Shown piece by piece: positions 58,928 to 64,000 of a DNA stretch of 64,000 bases. Positions within the stretch are counted from its first letter, which is position 1; each line of letters starts with the position of its first letter. The stretch comes from Candidatus Cloacimonadales bacterium (GTDB taxonomy: Bacteria > Cloacimonadota > Cloacimonadia > Cloacimonadales > JAIOQZ01), in the NCBI GenBank assembly GCA_963662655.2, contig CAXXTU010000002.1:1216001-1280000 (forward strand), written 5' to 3'. The translations under genes were made by a program, and so were the position numbers. The notes under the pieces are model-generated. The model searched no databases. It saw nothing but the letters and a program-made list of their open reading frames with translations, and was not told where the DNA came from.

Positions 58928-61900
58928 ATGAAATACCTATACTTTTCTCTTCTTTTCCTGTTGATAGTCGTCGTTCTTCCTGCCGAGACCCTGATCAACA
59001 GCAATATTACGGCCGACGAAACATGGACGCTTTCGGGATCTCCCTATGTCATACAGGCCAACATCTTAATCTACGGTACGCTGACCATCGAAGCGGGTGT
59101 CGAAGTCAAAATCGACCCGGGTAAATACATTATCGTTGGGCATGGAACGACCAGCGTATACGCCGGAGCGATTTCCTCAATGGGCACCGTTTCACAACCG
59201 GTTGTCTTCACTTCATCGCAGGCAGAACCCGCACCCGGTGATTGGGACTACATCCAGTTCCGCAGATACCTCGTCGCGGAGAACTGCGTTCTCAACCATA
59301 CCCATTTCGAGTATGGCGGCAACGGCACCAACTCAATGGTTCGCGTCGGCGATTGCAGCCCGGTGTTCAACACATGCAAGTTCTCTCATGCCAACAACAT
59401 TGGATTGGATAACGAGAGCGATCTGGAGAGTTCACAATTCAACAATTGCACATTCGAATATTGCGGCTCAAATCCTGTTCGCATGCCCGTCAATTACGTC
59501 AATCGGATCGACGAAAGCAATGTTTTCGAGAACAATGCCATCCAGATGGTCCAAGTGTGGGACGACATGATCAATACGGAGCAAGCCTGGGTAAATGTTG
59601 GGATTCCGTTTCATATTAGCGAAAACCTCAGGATCTATTATACAGACTCGCCGATGACAATCGCTTCAGGGTGCGAGCTTGTCTTCGCGTCGAACAAGTA
59701 TATGAAGGTCGGGCACTCCACTTCTTCGGGCTATTGCGGCGGACTCATAGCGAACGGCGCTACGTTCCGTGGCGAGACTGGAACCCCCGGCGAGTGGTAC
59801 GGTGTCACAATCGAGTATTACAATTGTGGCGCGTCCTTCACAAACTGTACGTTCCGAGATGGCGGATACACATGGAATACCACATTCAGGCTGGCAAATA
59901 CGACCGCAACACTGGAGCAGTGCGTCGTTGCCAACTCGTCGGGATACGGAGTTCAATGTTCGGAGAATGCGACGTTGTTGATGAACAACACCGAAATTTA
60001 CAATTGCCAAGGCCCGATCAGTATGTACCCGAACAATCTTACGGGACTCGGAACGGGAAACTCGTATCATGACAACGCGGATAACCGGATCCAACTACCA
60101 GGAGATACTATCGACAAGGATGTAACGTGGAGAAATCAGGGATTCCCTTCAAAGTCGATGGGAATATTTTCATCCGTGGCACACAAATCCCTTCGGTGAC
60201 AATCCAGTACGGAAGCATCCTGCAGTTTGCAAGCGGACAATACCTGCTGGTTGGCCATTCGTCCACACCTTCCTACAAGGGAAAGCTTATCGCCAACGGA
60301 GTAACGTTCACTGGCCAGAACGAAGCCCCCGGGAGTTGGGTTGGCTTGTCGTTCCTGAGCTATGGAAGCAACGAAACGATCTTGAATGGCTGCAAAATTC
60401 AGTACGCCGGGCAGATCAACAATCGCTCAGTATATATTGAACAGTGTGATATAACGGTCACCGGATGCACTATTCTCGACGGCCAGGGCGACGGTATCTA
60501 TGTGTACGATAGCACCGCTCCATCGATCACCGGCAACCAGATTGAAAATTGCAGCGAGTACCCCATTTCGATGTTCGTAAACGATATTCGCCACCTTGGG
60601 AGCAACAACGATTTTACCGGCAATGGATTCGAAGTAATCGAGTGCCGCAGTGGAACCCTCACCAGTTCTGGAACATGGCAGGATTGCGGCGTTCCTTACT
60701 ATCTTACCGGCAATCTGACCATCAGCGGAACCGCCTCTCCCTACCTGCAAATCCAGCCCGGGTGCGAGATCCGACTTGCCGCATCCAGCATGATCAGCGT
60801 CGGCAGCAGTTCAAACTCGAGCTACACAGGCTCGCTGTGCGCAGAAGAAGTCCTGTTCACAAACGCGGCTCCCGAGCAGAGGATAAACGGCATCCTTTTC
60901 AACAACTATGCAGTCGATGAACGTTGCGTGCTGAACCATTGCACGATCGAGCACGCTGGAGGAAGCAATCAGGCTGCGGTGATAATCAATACGTCTGCGC
61001 CTACGATAACGAACTGTACGATACGTAACAACGACCAGTACGGCATTCGCGTAAATGAAGCCGCGCGTCCCGTTATTCGCGATTGCCTTATCGAAAACAA
61101 TGCGAGCTACCCGATTACGATGGATGCCCTGAACCTGCATTGCCTGGCCGAAGGAAACCAGTTTGTCGACAACAATCCCAACCGCATCCTGGCTGGGGGC
61201 GGCACACTCACAAGCAGCGTTACCTGGATCAATCAGGGAATTCCCTTCGAGATTACGGGAACGATCACGGTTTCCGCATCGAGCGCCTACCCTGTTCTGA
61301 CCATTTCCAACGGCTGCACCCTGCTTTTCTCCGCGAACACGGCCATCGTTTCCGGAAGCAGCACGAATAGTTCATACCGTGGAGGGCTTGTCGCGAATGG
61401 CGCTTCCTTCAAAGGCCTGGAACCCACGCCAGGATACTGGCAGGGGATTACCTTCAATCGCTATGCCTTGGACGACAGTTGCATTCTGAACGGCTGCGTC
61501 GTTCAGCACGGGGGATCGTCGCAGGCGAACGTATCATTCATCGACACCCCGGGCTTGGTGCAGCGCTGCCTGATTGCCAATTCCGCAAACCACGGAATCC
61601 GTACCTATGGAGCAAACGCAGACCCAATCCTTTCGGGCAATTTCATTATCATGAATCAGGCAGGCGTTCTGTGCGAATCGAGTGCCGATCCGCTCATTGG
61701 CGGCGCACCGGGAAACGCCAACGCGATCTTTGGAAACACGAGCTATGGCGTGAACAACACCAGCACGAATGTAACCGTCGATGCAACCTACAATTGGTGG
61801 GGCTCCGCAGATGGCCCGTCAATATCCAGAACAGGAGATTTGGTTTCAGACCATGTATCGTACGATCCATGGATGACGACAACGCTCAGCGAATCGCCCA

Positions 61901-62751
61901 GCATTTTCAACCTGGTGTCACCCGAAAACGATACCACATGCGGCCGGCTTGACATCCTCTTCAATTGGGAAATGGCAACGGATCCAACCCCTGGCGATTC
62001 CGTTCTGTATAGGCTGGAGATCAGGGACACACCGGAGATCGGGCGCACGGTTGTCACTGTCGATAGTATAGCCGCCAGCACGTACCGCGTATCGGGCGAG
62101 CTTCTTCTCGACGACAGCAACTACTGGTGGCGCGTTATCGCCTTCGACACGCAGGGGCACGAGACCTATTCCAGCCAGCAAGACTGGGCCTTCACAACGT
62201 TCGTTCCCGATCCGCCCGACGACTTTTCCCTTGTGTCTCCCGCCAATTACGAAACCATTCATCTGACGTCAATCATGTTCGAGTGGCAGGCTGCCACCGA
62301 TCCCGACCCGGGAGATTACCTTGAATACACCGTATATCTGGATTCGACAGCTGCATTCCTCTCGCCCGATTCGATAGCGGTCACGGAGACCAAGGTTTAT
62401 TCCCCATTCCTGCGGCCAGGAAGCCTCTACTACTGGAAGGTTATCGCCACCGACAGCTACGGGGAATCGACGTCGAGCCCGATGCAGCGCTTCTACGTGG
62501 ATGATAACGCGAAACCGCGCACCCCGATCGAGCTATCGATTACCGTGGCGGGGGACAATCTGGAAATATCCTGGGAGGAAATCCCCGGCGCAGACCAGTA
62601 CCATATCTTCAAGTCGGATGCCCCATTCTCCGGATTCTCCCAGATAGCCACATCGAGCGTAAGTCAGTTCACGGATACCGATGTCGATCTAACGCAGAAA
62701 TACTTCTATTACATCGTCGTGGAGGATATCGAGAACCGGTGGACGCGATAA
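58928..62751 (+). CDS. Secreted right-handed beta-helix repeat protein with C-terminal FN3-like modules (~1,274 aa if joined); 1-bp frameshift near 60141
   Basis: Signal peptide, TWTLSGSPY, LTIEAGV, repeated PG.W..I modules and DATYNWWG. The two ORFs join as 'WRNQGIPF', matching the intact internal repeat 'WINQGIPF'. Confidence 0.85.
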
Positions 62752-62769
62752 ATTGGTAAAATAGTTGAA

Positions 62770-62880
62770 GTCCCGCGGTCAGATTGGTTCGAGCAATCCG
62801 ATGGCGTATTCATTCACAGCCGGAGTGTCTCGGAGGCTGTGGTGTTATACGCCGAGGATCGGGCCAATGTGACCCGGGAT
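62770..62880 (+). repeat. Structured hairpin family, divergent copy E
   Basis: GTCCCGCGG-TCA-GA-TTGGTTCG...GGCGTAT TCATT CACAGCC // GGCTGTG GTGTT ATACGCC...GATCGGGCCAA-TG-TGA-CCCGGGAT. Confidence 0.7.
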
Positions 62881-62899
62881 ACCATATCAGATGCTTTTC

Positions 62900-63604
62900 C
62901 TACAGCAGCTTCTCCCCCAGCATGCCCACCAGGTAGCCAATACTCGCTCCGGATGCGGGCAACCATGCACCGCGCAGCCGCGCCAGTGGGGCAATGTCGT
63001 TGAAGATCAGGTACAAGATTCCCCCTGCGGCAAACAGCATGATTCCCGCAATCGTGTTCGGCATGTTCGAAAGAAGAAAATACCCCGCCAACGCTGCAAA
63101 CACTCCGGTAAAGCTGAGCACGAGCATAATCGAGAGTGTCTTCTTCGGTTTCCAGATTTTCCTCAGCTCTCCGTATGTGTTGAATCCCTCCGGCAGGTTC
63201 TGCAAACCGATGAACAGCGCGAGCAGGAGCCCGAACGAGTGGTCGTGGGCAAACGAAGCGCCCAGCGCGAGGGCTTCCGGTATGTAATCCATCATCATGC
63301 CCATCAACTGAGCCATGGAGCCTTTCATCCTGCTGAGCATCCAGTCGAACGCCATGAACGAGAACGTTCCGCCAACCATCAGGACGATCAAGCACGGGAC
63401 ATTCAGTAGTTCCAGTGCTTTGGGAACCAAAGCGAACGAGATCGCGCCAAGCAACACGCCGCCGCCGAAAGCAATCGTCCAATGGAGGATTTCAGCACGC
63501 AAATGACGATCCCGCAACCGGAAGAAGTATGCGGTTGTACCACCGATAATCACGGTTATCCCCGAAAAGAAGGCGTAGATAGCAATCAACCAAACATCAT
63601 GCAT
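62900..63604 (-). CDS. ZIP-family divalent metal transporter (ZupT/GufA-like)
   Basis: Motifs AFGGGVLL, IPEALALG, LQNLPEG and FAAGGILY. Confidence 0.88.
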   Translation of the reverse strand: MHDVWLIAIYAFFSGITVIIGGTTAYFFRLRDRHLRAEILHWTIAFGGGVLLGAISFALVPKALELLNVPCLIVLMVGGTFSFMAFDWMLSRMKGSMAQLMGMMMDYIPEALALGASFAHDHSFGLLLALFIGLQNLPEGFNTYGELRKIWKPKKTLSIMLVLSFTGVFAALAGYFLLSNMPNTIAGIMLFAAGGILYLIFNDIAPLARLRGAWLPASGASIGYLVGMLGEKLL

Positions 63605-63616
63605 AGTATCCTCACA

Positions 63617-63885
63617 TTATTGTTTTAGCAATTGAGCGATCTTCTCATGTCTGTGTGCTCTATTCCCTGCTGTTTCTTGGACGTAAAACCTTCCTGAACC
63701 TTCTGTACAAAGTAACCTTGATTTCATTTTGTTTGAACGCCTTTCTTCTCCTAACAGATTTCTTTGGCTTTCTCAAGCTGGCCTGAGAAGAGGTAGGCGT
63801 GCATCATGTTGACGTAAAGCCACACGGCGTCCGGCTCGATCATGCCGTACCTGCGTACAACGGTTATCAGCGTTCGGAATCTCAT
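63617..63885 (-). pseudogene. Decayed remnant of a TPR-type protein C-terminus
   Basis: Minus strand reads ...DAVWLYVNMMHAYLFSGQLEKAKEIC*EKKG...QQGIEHTDM/EKIAQLLKQ*, with internal stops and frameshifts. Confidence 0.5.
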
Positions 63886-63967
63886 TCATTCCCCTTCGTT
63901 AAAAGATAAATGTAGCTTGATTCAATCCGGCATCTCTGTAAAGGTATTTATAACGAAGGATACAACA

Positions 63968-64000
63968 AAGCCCCGGGAGAAGCTTTCTCACGGGGCTTTT
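63968..64000. terminator. Terminator-like hairpin at the window edge
   Basis: Stem AAAGCCCCG.GAGA...TCTC.CGGGGCTTT. Confidence 0.6.

Noticed and set aside
14309..62880. Hairpin family as integron attC sites
   Set aside because: There are no RYYYAAC/GTTRRRY terminal boxes, copies occur in both orientations, the flanking genes have their own promoters and terminators, and no integrase is in the window. Only the extrahelical-base logic is analogous.

Overview
Bacterial chromosomal segment, most likely from Cloacimonadota or a related FCB-group lineage. This is inferred from five proteins ending in the 'NYPNPFNP...KMLLLK' T9SS/FlgD-type sorting domain. Housekeeping genes (arcC, mutL-miaA-PPIase-pdxJ-lpxL, pfk, bamA, tRNA-Ala, crcB, a ZIP transporter) alternate with large secreted proteins. 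These include a ~3,560-aa C10-peptidase/FN3 protein with 273-bp tandem repeats, a beta-helix protein, a VIT-vWA protein, an EEP nuclease and a GLUG protein cut by an ISL3 element. The most notable unannotated signal is a dispersed family of ~110-140-nt rod-like hairpins: five intact copies and one decayed copy, each just downstream of a gene in the sense orientation. Their sequences diverge but they keep the same secondary structure, with compensatory base changes and fixed bulges and mismatches. Other points of interest are a second dispersed ~160-bp repeat carrying inverted DnaA boxes, a multi-branched palindromic element, a uORF plus tandem terminators ahead of a RIO kinase, and two apparent pseudoenzymes. 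All family assignments come from motif recognition by eye, not database searches.
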